Below are positions 22,159-33,011 of a stretch of 64,000 nucleotides of DNA, one piece after another. Below the pieces are notes generated by a model, which searched no databases, had not been told where the DNA came from, and saw nothing but the letters and a program-made list of their open reading frames with translations. Origin of the DNA: Naegleria gruberi (lineage: Eukaryota); assembly GCA_000004985.1 (NCBI GenBank), contig GG738881.1; one strand, 5' to 3'. A program made the translations under genes and the position numbers. The stretch's first letter is position 1, and every line of letters begins with the position of its first letter.

Positions 22159-23778
22159 ATGTCTCAACTCAATAAGAAGAGAAAACAAGAAGATTTATCA
22201 TCCACTGATGGAAATGATGAAAATATTCAAGAAATTTTATTTAATGAAATGACATCTGTCACTGATCAATTAATTTCTCTTTGTAAAAAAGTGAAATTGG
22301 CTGATCATCGCTGTTTTTTCAATAATGGTGTAATGGTTAATGAATTTTTTGGAAAAGTTTATTCATTGCTTGAGGAGATGAATATTCATAGAAGAAAGGT
22401 TTCTTCAGATCAATTCAATTCGGATACTTTATTTCACATTTACCAATTCTTAGATTTTACAGATCTATTGCAAAACTGTCAACCTGTTTCAAAACTGTGG
22501 AAAGAATCATTAAATAGAGTCAAATTTCATGTTAGTTTGGGTTCAACAAATAGAAATGGAAAATTCAATAATGAAAATCTCATCCACTTACTAAATGGAC
22601 CATTTATCCAAAATGTTACTTCATTAAGATTGGGTAAAGCTCAACTTGATGCTTTTAAAACTCTTTCAACTTGTAAGAATTTGGATAATTTGATCAAATT
22701 GGATTTGAGATTTAATAACATGGCAAGTCAACGTGTGACATATTTAACGAAATGCTCAATGAAGAATTTGACAGAATTGAGCTTGCATGATGTGCAAAAT
22801 TTTACAGAAAATGAAGCAAAAGAGTTGTTCAATAGTACCTTCATGTCTAATGTTAAAAAATTCAACATTGTTCAAGAAAGTTATTCAGATGAATTGTTTG
22901 AAGCCATGTCAAATTCAAAGCATTTTAGTCAACTCACTCATTTAGAATTGCGGCAAATAGCTCAAGGTACTAAATCTGAACTGAAACTATTGTTGAAAGA
23001 TATGAGTAATTTGGAATATTTGGGACTTAGAAATCATAGATTGACCAATTTTTCAAATTTATTCACTAGTGGGAATTTATATAATATTACACATCTGGAT
23101 CTCAGCTATTGCAGAATGTTGAATAGTGAATTTGCGAATTTGATTGTTTCTCCAAAATTACCAAAGCTCATTAAGCTAAAAGCTCAGGACTTTAATTGGG
23201 GAAATTTGGAGTTTTTTGACAAGAAGAATGAAAACTCCCAAGTTGCTCATTGTCCTCCAAATTCACAGAGTTCCCTCACTGACTTGGATTTTCAATCTTG
23301 TTTTATTACACCATTTCCAACACTCACCCATCATTGTCCAAATTTAAACAGACTTTCACTGCGTAATTCAAGAAAATGCCCAAATAAGGAGCTATTAAGG
23401 AGTTCTTATATTACATTTTTGAGTGCTCCTTCCTTGTGTAATTTGGAATTTTTGGATATTTCTGGATTGGAATGTTTGGAATCTTTGTTTGAAATTATTT
23501 TCACATTACCATTCTATCCGAATTTGAGGGAATTGAAATGCTCACCTAGTAGAGAAGGTGGAGAAACATTGCAAGCTAATCTCATTTCAAATTGCAGTCA
23601 CCTGAAGAATTTGAGGATATTGGATGCTTATGGAGTTTTTGCATCAAACGAATGTCTGAAATCTTTGCAAACTAATCCAACTTTTTCCAATTTGAGTATT
23701 GTTGTTTTACATGGAAATTTAGACCTATTACGTTATTGGGAAAATAACAAATATGCTGAAGAGTTAGAGGAGGATTGA
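22159..23778 (+). CDS. F-box / LRR protein (539 aa).
   Basis: aaaaaaATG start. F-box-like LFHIYQFLDFTDLLQNCQPVSKLWKESL. Remainder is LRR-type (LTELSLHDVQNF, LTHLELRQIAQGT, LEYLGLRNHRLTNFSNL, LRILDAYGVF). Confidence 0.7.
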   Translation: MSQLNKKRKQEDLSSTDGNDENIQEILFNEMTSVTDQLISLCKKVKLADHRCFFNNGVMVNEFFGKVYSLLEEMNIHRRKVSSDQFNSDTLFHIYQFLDFTDLLQNCQPVSKLWKESLNRVKFHVSLGSTNRNGKFNNENLIHLLNGPFIQNVTSLRLGKAQLDAFKTLSTCKNLDNLIKLDLRFNNMASQRVTYLTKCSMKNLTELSLHDVQNFTENEAKELFNSTFMSNVKKFNIVQESYSDELFEAMSNSKHFSQLTHLELRQIAQGTKSELKLLLKDMSNLEYLGLRNHRLTNFSNLFTSGNLYNITHLDLSYCRMLNSEFANLIVSPKLPKLIKLKAQDFNWGNLEFFDKKNENSQVAHCPPNSQSSLTDLDFQSCFITPFPTLTHHCPNLNRLSLRNSRKCPNKELLRSSYITFLSAPSLCNLEFLDISGLECLESLFEIIFTLPFYPNLRELKCSPSREGGETLQANLISNCSHLKNLRILDAYGVFASNECLKSLQTNPTFSNLSIVVLHGNLDLLRYWENNKYAEELEED

Positions 23779-24071
23779 TTTGGATGAGTAATGAAGATGA
23801 TGATGCTGAATAAAACATTCATAGGTTTGTCCATTAAGGTTTCTTTCCAACTTTTAAAACCCAAGATTACAATTTAATTTTCACTCCGTCCATCCATCAT
23901 GAAAATTAATTCTTCTGCTTTTATTAAACATCAAATCTCTCTTCCGATCCCATCATGACAGATTGTGTTCAACACCATCCATCATTTCATTAATTGGTTC
24001 AACACCATCCATCATTTCAATGACAACACATCATCACATGGTTCAAATTACTTTCAAAACACATCAAAAAA

Positions 24072-25653
24072 ATGGGAAATAACAAGACAAGGGAAAATGC
24101 ACAAATATCGAAAATAACTTCCAATTCTACTTCTTCTTCTGGTGGAGTTGGACGTTTCGGTAGTCAATCGGCAGCAGCATCATCATCTGCATCGAATGGA
24201 TTTTTGCGAAATGAAAGTGCTTCATCTTCGTTTATAGTTTCGAATAGAGAATTGAATAGTGTAATAGTCGGTTCGAAAATGGATTCAGAAATTTATTTGT
24301 ACGGTTATACGAGTACTTTATATTATGATGGTATCAATCCTGGGTGTGGTGTGACAAAGATCATTGATAATATCAATTCGGATGATGTTATTCGTTCTAG
24401 GGATTTGTGTGTTCAATCAGAAAATAATGGATTGAGTGCTGTTAAATTAATTCTAAAGCATACTTTGGTTTATAAGGTCATTTCTGGAAGATTACATTCA
24501 CATATTATTACAGCTGATGGCAGAATACTGAGTTTTGGGTCGAATAATCATGGTCAATTAGGTAGGTTAACAATAGCTTTGAAATTCATTTAAATTTCGT
24601 TGAAACTGATTGGCAATGCAGGTTGTGGAGTTGTTGGAAGTTTGAAAGCATCATATGGTATAGTGAGGGCAACTGGAGAAATTACCAATCATTTCATTAT
24701 TGATGGAGCAGCAGGTGGTTATCATTCTCTATTTATCACATCTGAAAATAAGGTGTTTTCTGTTGGAGGAAACTCTAGTAGACAATTGGGTGTAATAACA
24801 ACTGATTCGACAGCAACTGCCACTGCTATTGAAATTCCAGAGCAATCATTTGATGGAAGAAAGGTTGTGGCATGTTCAGCTGGTGATTCTCACAGTTGTT
24901 TCTTAACTAGTTGTGGAAATATCTATTTTGCTGGATCTAATTCTAATGGTGCATGTGCAGGGAATTCTGGAAATAATAGACCAATATTATTGGTGAATGA
25001 AATTCTTGCAAATGAATTTCCAATTCAAATATCATGTGGCTATGACAATACAATGATTTTGTGTCAGAGTGGAAATATATATGGTGTTGGATGTAATAGT
25101 TGTGGACAATTGGCAAGTAAGTAATTGTAATGATTCAATAATTATTGAATGAGTTATTCCAGCTGATGATGGTGATCATACCAACTTTGGAGATATTCGA
25201 AAGATTTATAACGGAGTTAAAGGAATTGTGTGGATTGGATCTGGATACTTTTGCTCTGCTGTTTGTGCAGAGGATGAATGTTATTTTGCTCCCTCACAAA
25301 CTACCTATTCTAAACTGAGTAAGATTAATCCAAATGCTATTGCAGTCGGTGTTGGTGATTCTATCATTTTTGCAACTAATGAGATTAATCAAAATGGAAA
25401 ATTTGGTAAATTGTACGTCATGAGTTCAGGTAAGGCCACAGATATTACAGGAGATTTCTCAATTGATTCAGTCTCATCAAAAATTGAGTTTAGTGGTCAA
25501 AGAGATGTCTATATTGCATATGTCTCAAAATTTGATCCTGCCTTTATGATTTCTCATCATTTCCTTCATTTGGAGAAGATTTTGGATTTTGTCAAGGGAA
25601 ATTCCTCACAATATTCTGGCTCAACTGTATTTTCTGATATTCAAATTCAATAG
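24072..25653 (+). CDS. RCC1-repeat (regulator of chromosome condensation-like) protein, 3 exons: 24072-24562, 24623-25116, 25163-25653.
   Basis: RCC1 blades ...ADGRILSFGSNNHGQLG | (GTAGGT...tgcag, 60 nt) | CGVVGSLKAS...GGNSSRQLGV...AGSNSNGACAG...VGCNSCGQLA | (GTAAGT...ttccag, 46 nt) | TDDGDHTNFGDI.... Exon phases are consistent; the three track ORFs are the three exons. Confidence 0.7.
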
Positions 25654-25706
25654 ATTCATTTAAGAATGTTGAAATACAAATATTATCTATTAATTCGCTT
25701 TGATGG

Positions 25707-27080
25707 CTATTTCTTAATTTTCTTGGATTTAATTTTTGAAATAGTTTCTGTAAAATATCCGCCAATAGCAATTTGATATGGTTCTGCAAGCTTTGAGGTT
25801 GTAAAACTGGAAAATGATTCGAAGGATATCAAATTCTGTTCAAATAAATTACTAATGACCAGTTCAAAGAAAGATGGTCCAAACTTAATAGTTCTTTCAT
25901 AAATTTGTTCGAGGGATGAATTGGACAAGTTTGCAATGAGGGAACATACTCTATTGATGACTGTTTTGTCTTTTGTTAAATCTAAAATTCTCTTACTGTG
26001 TGAAACAACTTCTTGTTTGTCTGTGTCTGTTATATTTGTTTGTCTTCCAATCATGTTGCATACGTCAATCAACATGCCAATAAATATAGATATATCCTCA
26101 TCTTGAATTAAAAACACTGTGGAATCCTTTTCAATAATACCAATTCTCAATCGTTTGAGTGTTAACTCTTGTGATGAATTTGGCCTGAGGGTGAGAGAAA
26201 ACTTGACTAGCTCCAAGAGATTAATAGAGGTAAATTGTGGATAACTCTCAGGTTGTTTCATAATTTCAATAACTTGATCAACTTGTTTTCCAATCAAATC
26301 TTGACACTTGGCGTTAATGTACTTTACACTCATAAAATTTAAGTGTTGGAAAGGTAAATTTGTAATAGGACTCTTCTTTCCATTCTTTTCTATCCAATCA
26401 TCAATCGCCTTCTTGTCATAAATATTACCGTCAGGAGCAAGCACTGCATGTTTAAATACTTGCTTTGAGAGAGGGCATACGCAATGATTTTCATGAAATA
26501 TTTGAATGGATGTGAGAGATTCCATATCTAACACTGGATCAACAGTTGAGGATTTCCTTTTTTTCAAACAATTAGAGAAATCAGTCTTTCCTAATAATCC
26601 CATCATGTTGGCCTCTTTTAAAAGAGCATCTTCATCCATCTCCTCAATTGCTCTCTTTTTTGCCAATTTTTCCTCTCTATCCATGTTAATCACCACATCA
26701 AACTCTTTACTATCAAATTCCTTTGGCTGAATACCAATCCACTCTTCCTTCTGATCATCTCTGCTGATTGTAAAACGGTCCACTACTATATTTCTAATTT
26801 CCGTATTCTTCCTCTCCAAACATTCTTCCACAATGAATTTGATTAAAAGTTTGCAATTAATTAATTTAAAATCATTCAAGAGCTGATGATAATTTTCCAT
26901 CTTTTTAATCAATTCATTCCTACAATTAAATTCGGATAATATAGCAGCCTCCCTTCCGATCAAACTAGCATCATCATGAACATTTAATTGAGTGTCCAAA
27001 TAATAACAATAACACTTTAAAAGATTAGGAAACATTTCCTCCACCATCAAGTCTACAAAATAATATTCACTATTTTCCAT
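25707..27080 (-). CDS. U-box domain protein (putative E3 ubiquitin ligase), 457 aa.
   Basis: ATG at 27080. FHENHCVCPLSKQVFKHAVLAPDGNIYDKKAIDDWIEKNGKKSPITNLPF matches the U-box (CPIS.elM.DPV....G.tYer..I..wl......P.T...L). Confidence 0.65.
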   Translation of the reverse strand: MENSEYYFVDLMVEEMFPNLLKCYCYYLDTQLNVHDDASLIGREAAILSEFNCRNELIKKMENYHQLLNDFKLINCKLLIKFIVEECLERKNTEIRNIVVDRFTISRDDQKEEWIGIQPKEFDSKEFDVVINMDREEKLAKKRAIEEMDEDALLKEANMMGLLGKTDFSNCLKKRKSSTVDPVLDMESLTSIQIFHENHCVCPLSKQVFKHAVLAPDGNIYDKKAIDDWIEKNGKKSPITNLPFQHLNFMSVKYINAKCQDLIGKQVDQVIEIMKQPESYPQFTSINLLELVKFSLTLRPNSSQELTLKRLRIGIIEKDSTVFLIQDEDISIFIGMLIDVCNMIGRQTNITDTDKQEVVSHSKRILDLTKDKTVINRVCSLIANLSNSSLEQIYERTIKFGPSFFELVISNLFEQNLISFESFSSFTTSKLAEPYQIAIGGYFTETISKIKSKKIKK

Positions 27081-27536
27081 CCATCATTAATATCATAATT
27101 CTCCATTTGCAAAACATACCCATCGAGTAGCAAAACAACAGGAAGTGAAGTAATTCCTTTCATTTTTTTAAAGAATAAAACAATAAAGATGTGTCCCCAA
27201 TTTTCAGAAGGTCAAGTAAAAAGTACAGTAGAGTACGGTTTTGGGACCTCAATATTCTGCTTGTTGAGAAGTGTAATTTTGAAATTCCAAACTTTTTTCA
27301 TCTCTCTCATACAAGAAACTTCCACCATTATTTGATAGTGACCATCAAGGACAAGATGATGACAATTACTAATGAAACTGAACCTCGTGCGCAACAAAAA
27401 TAAATCTCATTCCTTCCTCATGAATGGAACTTTTAATAAGTGACAGAGAGAAACTTCAAGGTTTAGGACTGATTCTCGTCATCGGATGAGTACAGTAAAT
27501 ACGCGCGCTCCAGCAATTGTTTTTATCTAGATTTCC

Positions 27537-27545
27537 TATAAAAGG
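27537..27545 (+). promoter_or_regulatory. TATA-box-like element (tataaaagg) 48 bp (TATA end to ATG) upstream of the oxidoreductase ATG.
   Basis: Sequence motif only. Position fits a core promoter feeding the short A-rich leader to the ATG at 27593. Confidence 0.3.
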
Positions 27546-27592
27546 AAGTTCCCTGTGAAACAAACTTCCACAATCAAAAAACACAAAAAAAA

Positions 27593-28705
27593 ATGGCCAT
27601 CCTTTCAAACAGAAGAATTTTATTTGTTGCTCGTCCTGAAAACACACCAAAATCTGCTCATTTCACATTGAGTGAACCAGTTGAGGAAATCAATTCTGAA
27701 ACTTGCTTAAACGAAGGTGAAATTCTTGTGAAAACCTTATTCCTCTCAGTTGATCCGTATTTGATTATACCAATGGGAAGAAAGGGAGTGCACCCTGATG
27801 TGGTTCCTAATCAAACTCCATATCCATTGAAACAATTCAAGAATGCAGCAACTATTGCAAATGTTGGAGATGTTTTTGGAGGAAGAGGTGTTGGACACGT
27901 GGTTGCATCCAAACATGATGATTACAAGGTTGGAGATTTGGTTGCTGCTGATTATAAATGGCAAGAATATGCAATCATTAATGTGAAATCAGAGTTGACT
28001 TTTGAAAAATTGGAAAATGAAATATTTAGTCAAGTTTCTCCATCAACTGCTTTGGGTGTTTTGGGTGTGAGTGGTTCTAATGCATTGTGGGGTTTCAATT
28101 TCGTCCTTCCAAAAGATGAGAAACCAATCGAAGGAAAGACAATTGTTGTAAGTGCTGCAGCTGGTTGCATTGGACTTACTGTTGCTCAATTGGCCAAAAA
28201 CAAGGGTTTCCGTGTGGTTGGTATTGCAGGAGGTGAGGAAAAGGGTGAGAAATTGCTTTCTGAATTTAAATTGGATGCCGTAGTTGATTACAAAAAGGCA
28301 AATGGTGACTTGACCTTATTTAGTCAACTGTTGAAGGAAGCAGCTCCAAATGGAGTAGATGCATTTTTTGATAATGTAGGAGGATTGGTTGCTGATGCAG
28401 TGTATGAAAATCTCAATTTGAATGCAAGAGTTTATTTTTGTGGAGCTATTTCACAATATGGAGATGGAAAATCAATTTCAACTCCTGAGAAATACACAAA
28501 CAATCCAAATGTTACAAGTATTACATGTTTTCAAGCTGATTACATTGATACTATTCCACAAGCAAGAAGAGAACTCTTTGAATTGATTCAAAAAGGTCAA
28601 TTGAAACCAGTTGAGTGGATTACAAATGGCATTGAACAAACTCCAAGAGTTTTTGAGGAGATGTATGCTGGAAGAAACTTTGGTAAAACACTTATTCAAA
28701 TTTAA
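27593..28705 (+). CDS. NADP-dependent oxidoreductase of the medium-chain dehydrogenase/reductase (MDR) family, PTGR1 / YncB-CurA-like alkenal-alkenone reductase (370 aa).
   Basis: aaaaaaaaATG start. Rossmann segment VSAAAGCIGLTVAQLAKNKGFRVVGIAGGEEKGEKL, plus overall similarity to leukotriene-B4 12-hydroxydehydrogenase / prostaglandin reductase-type enzymes. Single exon; TAA stop. Confidence 0.75.
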   Translation: MAILSNRRILFVARPENTPKSAHFTLSEPVEEINSETCLNEGEILVKTLFLSVDPYLIIPMGRKGVHPDVVPNQTPYPLKQFKNAATIANVGDVFGGRGVGHVVASKHDDYKVGDLVAADYKWQEYAIINVKSELTFEKLENEIFSQVSPSTALGVLGVSGSNALWGFNFVLPKDEKPIEGKTIVVSAAAGCIGLTVAQLAKNKGFRVVGIAGGEEKGEKLLSEFKLDAVVDYKKANGDLTLFSQLLKEAAPNGVDAFFDNVGGLVADAVYENLNLNARVYFCGAISQYGDGKSISTPEKYTNNPNVTSITCFQADYIDTIPQARRELFELIQKGQLKPVEWITNGIEQTPRVFEEMYAGRNFGKTLIQI

Positions 28706-29068
28706 ACTCTGAATTTCTACATCAATTATATAAATAATAAATCGAATCTATCAACTATAATACCTTCGAACAAGTAAAATTATTTGGAAGAATCTCTTTA
28801 ATAAAGCAGACGAAAAGAATAAACCAATATTTCGTAAGCTTCATTACTACTTTTGTTCAAGGAAACTTTCAAGTTGTTTGGAATATCTTCTTCAAACAAA
28901 ACATCCCCAACATCATTGTCCAATAGTCTATAGTTAGTAATATTCCTGTTGTTCTTTGAGGTTTTGTGGATACATTACAGACTTTCGAACTGAATCCCTA
29001 TGCTTCATTTTTCTTTTTCAACAAATTATTTATTATTTACATATTTACAATGAAGTATTTAAGGATGA

Positions 29069-30472
29069 TTATTGGTGAATGAGATCAGAGATGGCTCTTT
29101 GAATATCTCCTTCATACTTATTCAATAAGGTAATATTGAGAATGTGATTGGTGAAACCCATTTGATTCAATAATTTCAATTCTTTTTGATATTTGTGTGG
29201 AATGGTTGTTTTCACAACTGGTTCTTCTTCTTCTTCAGGAATTGATTCAATAATTGGATCTTGATTTTCAAGAAGTTGATTGGAAACTTGTTGAGCTTGT
29301 TGATTGACTGATTCTGTTTCTTCTTGAGCAGCAACTGTTTCTTGTTGAACTTGTTCAGAAACTGATTCAGTTGGTTGATCTTCAATTAAATTGGAGAGAA
29401 GCAATGAAGTTGTAATATTTGGAGTATTTTCGGCAACAATTTCTTGTTCCTTCAATTGTTCTTGAATTGATTCTTCTTCTTTTGGTTGAGAAACAACAGC
29501 TGCAATTGGAGAGGTTTCAATTGGTTTCTCCTCTTGTTTCTTTTCCTGAGTTTATGATGGTTGACTCTTTTGTTCTTCTTCTCTCATTTCCTTCATTCTT
29601 TGAAGTAATAATTCTCTGAATGATTGAGGTGTAGAAGTAGTTTCTTTCTTTTCTTTCTTTGGTTCCTCTTTCTTTGGTTGTTGTTGAGCTTCATTACTTG
29701 TTGGAATTCCCAAAAGATCAGCAAGATTAATTTCAATTCTTCTCACTTTTGGTTTTGTTTGAGGAGTGGAAGCAGAAACTTGTGGGAAGAATGATTGTTT
29801 TGGTTGAGTTGACTTGTCATTTGAAAATGCAGATCTAAAAGCATTTTCAATCATATTTTCCCAAGATTGTTCTGATTGTTGTTGAGGAACTTGTTTCTTT
29901 TGAGATTCAACTCTTGGTTGTTGTAATTGAGCAAATAAACATGATGGTTGTGAAATTCTATTGAAAGTAGTATGTTGAGCTGGTTTGATTGATTTCTTTT
30001 CGCAAATAATCTTAGTCAATTTGCCCTTCATTAATTTCAACAAGAAATGGAAATCTCTTAAATTGGTCAATGAAACCAAATCATCTTCATCATCAACATA
30101 ATGTAATTCATATTGTCTCATATCGATGGAATGTTCTCTCAATACTCTATCAAATAATTCGAAACTTCCCTCATGATTAGAATCAATTTCAAATCTCAAT
30201 ACATTTGAAGCACTATTCAAATTGTGATTGAACTTTCCTTCAAAAATATAAACCTTGAATGGAACATTTCTTTCAACTTGTCTTGTTTGTGGAGAAATCA
30301 TATATGAAAGTGGAATTTTTTGTACATTATTTGCGAAATGTTGAGTTGGGATATATTGATAATCATTGAATGATGAAGTTTCTCTCAAATTTGGATAAGA
30401 AACTTGTCTTGGAATAGTTTGTTGAGGTTGGAAAGCAGCTGCAGTAGAAACTGGAATGTGAAAGAAACTCAT
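29069..30472 (-). CDS. PB1 + UBA domain protein (p62/SQSTM1- or NBR1-like selective autophagy receptor), interrupted by one in-frame TAA at 29552-29554.
   Basis: ATG at 30472. PB1 with OPCA motif: VPFKVYIFEGKF...YELHYVDDEDDLVSLTNLRDFHFLLKLMKG. Long K/E/Q-rich linker. C-terminal UBA: HKYQKELKLLNQMGFTNHILNITLLNKYEGDIQRAISDLIHQ*. The two track ORFs are in the same frame, separated only by the TAA. Confidence 0.65.
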
Positions 30473-31253
30473 TTTGATGTTTAGTTATGTTAGTATAGTT
30501 ACACTTCTTAATAAGATTTTGTACAAAATTTGACAAGTAGCTTAAAAGACAAGTTGTTGTTAATTTTTTTTTTCTTGTTGTTTTTCTTTCCCTCCTCTTT
30601 TAGATCTATTTATAGTTTTCATAAGGAAATTAATTTTGCACGTGCTCAATACATTGTCCTCACAAGCACAAATTGTTAATGTGATTGAACTCTCGGAATT
30701 TTGCACGGAATGATATTTTTATCCTCGGAAGCAGAAAATTCCTTCCTATTAAACTCAAGAAATTAAGTTCTAATGTTCAAGTATGAAAGAATGGCAGTTG
30801 AAGATATCCCATTATTATTGACATTCAGCAAGTTGTTGGTGTCTTTAAGAAGCTGCTTTAATGGTGGACCAGCAACTAATTCATTTCACTTTAAGAATTT
30901 GGCTCTTTCATCTCCAATTTCACTTATTTGACTTCTTCACCAATTTCATTTTCACAAATATTAAGTGAGTTCTGTATGATGAAATCCTGATGATAATCAA
31001 GCCCAGATATTGATAGTATTTTCGACAAATTTATATCGTAACACATCTTAACGAATACATTGTTACAAAAACCATTATCAATCTCCAAAACTCCCAACAC
31101 TGTAAAGTTGGTCACTTTCTATTTTTAAAATTCACAAAAAAAAATATTTTCAAAGCAAAAAACCTGAAAGTTTGATTTTGATCAAAATTCATCGGCTTTA
31201 AATTCACACTTGTACATATATCATATAATATTAGATTCAGCCATCAATTTGGG

Positions 31254-32708
31254 ATGAGCAGTTCTTCCTCAACGACGACGACGACAACTTTGTTCTTTTC
31301 GGGATGTAATTTGGGTCATCAATTCTTTGGGAAAAATCAAGAATCAGAGAAGAGAAATGGTTTGTATGAGAAGGGTTGTTATTCGGCTCCTGCTCCTTCG
31401 ATTTCTTCTTCTTATACACCTACATTTGCGTTCGGAGCTGCAGCAACTATGAATTTCTTGAATAATAATAATATGGGCCTGGCAGCTTCTTCTCGTGATG
31501 GCGTTTCTAAAAGTAATGAAAATGATGCTGCGAGAAGAGCCTTGCCTGATATGACACCTGTTAGATTGGAGGATTTAGGAGTGGATATTTCATTTTCTAG
31601 AAGAAGAAGAAATGAATTGGACGAAAGTGTCTATGTAAAGAAAGTGAGCTGTGGAAAGGATTTTATTTATATATTATTGTCTGATAATAGAGTTATTTCT
31701 AGAGGAGGAAATCGTTATGGTCAACTGGGATTAGGTCACAGACAAGAAATTTGTGATAGTGTTAATGATTTTCTTCCAGTAACTGTGAGTCATAACGAAA
31801 CAATTGAGGATATTCAATGTGGAGCTGATTTTGCCTATTTTCTTACAAAGAGCTCTAATATCTACAGCGTAGGAAATGGTTCTTATGGTAAATTGGCAAC
31901 AGGAAATTTTAATAATGTTCTCATTCCAACGAGAGTGAAAAGCTCATTATTTAATTTTAGAATTATAGAACATGTTGCTTGCGGGCATAATCATGTAGTT
32001 TTCATTAACGAAGATGGTGAAGTGTATGGATGTGGAGCTAACTTCTCCGGCCAACTTGGTCTAACCCACAGCAAAGATATGTATATTCCAGAAAATTGTG
32101 AATTCTTCTCAAAGAAAAATAATAGGGTTGCCGTAGCAGGCAGTTGTGGAGAATGTCACACAGCTGTATTGACCTCAGCTGGCGAAATTTATGTGTCAGG
32201 AGATTCCAAGAGAACTCACACTAATTATTTTACATTCTTTGCCTCGGATGCCATTGGAGTATTTTGTGGACGTTTTCACACAATTATTCAAATCACTGAA
32301 AGAATGCTCAGGGTTTCTGGAAATAACAAGTACAAACAGTTGAGCATTCCACACAAGTCAACAGAAGAATCCTTTGCAAAAGTAATGATTGGAGAGCAAA
32401 AAGACAAAATTACAAACATTTCAACAAGTGAATATCACACCATATTCATTTTAAATGATTGTGAGGTGCATTCATGTGGTACAAACAGATCCTACGTTTT
32501 AGGAACCAACATATTTAGCAATGACACTACATGTGATCGTGTCGTTCCAATCAAATCCTTTCCTCCAAAGAAGGGTTACTCTCTCAAATGCTCCTCCAAT
32601 GTAGAAAGCAATGTATTTTATTGGACGAAGGAATTTTCCAATATTCAAAAACATTTTGTATTCAGTTTTGATAGATTAATCTCATTTGCTGACATAACAA
32701 TTTCTTAA
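31254..32708 (+). CDS. RCC1-repeat protein (484 aa), single exon.
   Basis: ATG at 31254. Repeats with the G-Q-L-G signature: GGNRYGQLGLGH, VGNGSYGKLATGN, CGANFSGQLGLTH, plus YVSGDSKRTH... blades. Confidence 0.65.
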   Translation: MSSSSSTTTTTTLFFSGCNLGHQFFGKNQESEKRNGLYEKGCYSAPAPSISSSYTPTFAFGAAATMNFLNNNNMGLAASSRDGVSKSNENDAARRALPDMTPVRLEDLGVDISFSRRRRNELDESVYVKKVSCGKDFIYILLSDNRVISRGGNRYGQLGLGHRQEICDSVNDFLPVTVSHNETIEDIQCGADFAYFLTKSSNIYSVGNGSYGKLATGNFNNVLIPTRVKSSLFNFRIIEHVACGHNHVVFINEDGEVYGCGANFSGQLGLTHSKDMYIPENCEFFSKKNNRVAVAGSCGECHTAVLTSAGEIYVSGDSKRTHTNYFTFFASDAIGVFCGRFHTIIQITERMLRVSGNNKYKQLSIPHKSTEESFAKVMIGEQKDKITNISTSEYHTIFILNDCEVHSCGTNRSYVLGTNIFSNDTTCDRVVPIKSFPPKKGYSLKCSSNVESNVFYWTKEFSNIQKHFVFSFDRLISFADITIS

Positions 32709-33011
32709 ATTTGAAATTGATTACTACATTCAAGTCTAACTCCATTTAATCAAACTTGTATTGAGAAATACCCAACTATTTAATATTAATTGATTTATAA
32801 CATTCACCAATTGTATTTCATAAATCTGAAGTGATTTTTGGTGTTGCCATATTACAACGAATTACAAAGTTCATTACCAAACCAAAAAAATGCCAATAAG
32901 TTCATTATCAATCCTGCCCTGAATTGTGGAGTATTGTCTACACGTTTCTAGAACCATCGGATCGATCACTATTTGAAAGAGTGAATCTCTTATTTCGAAG
33001 TATGTCTCGAT

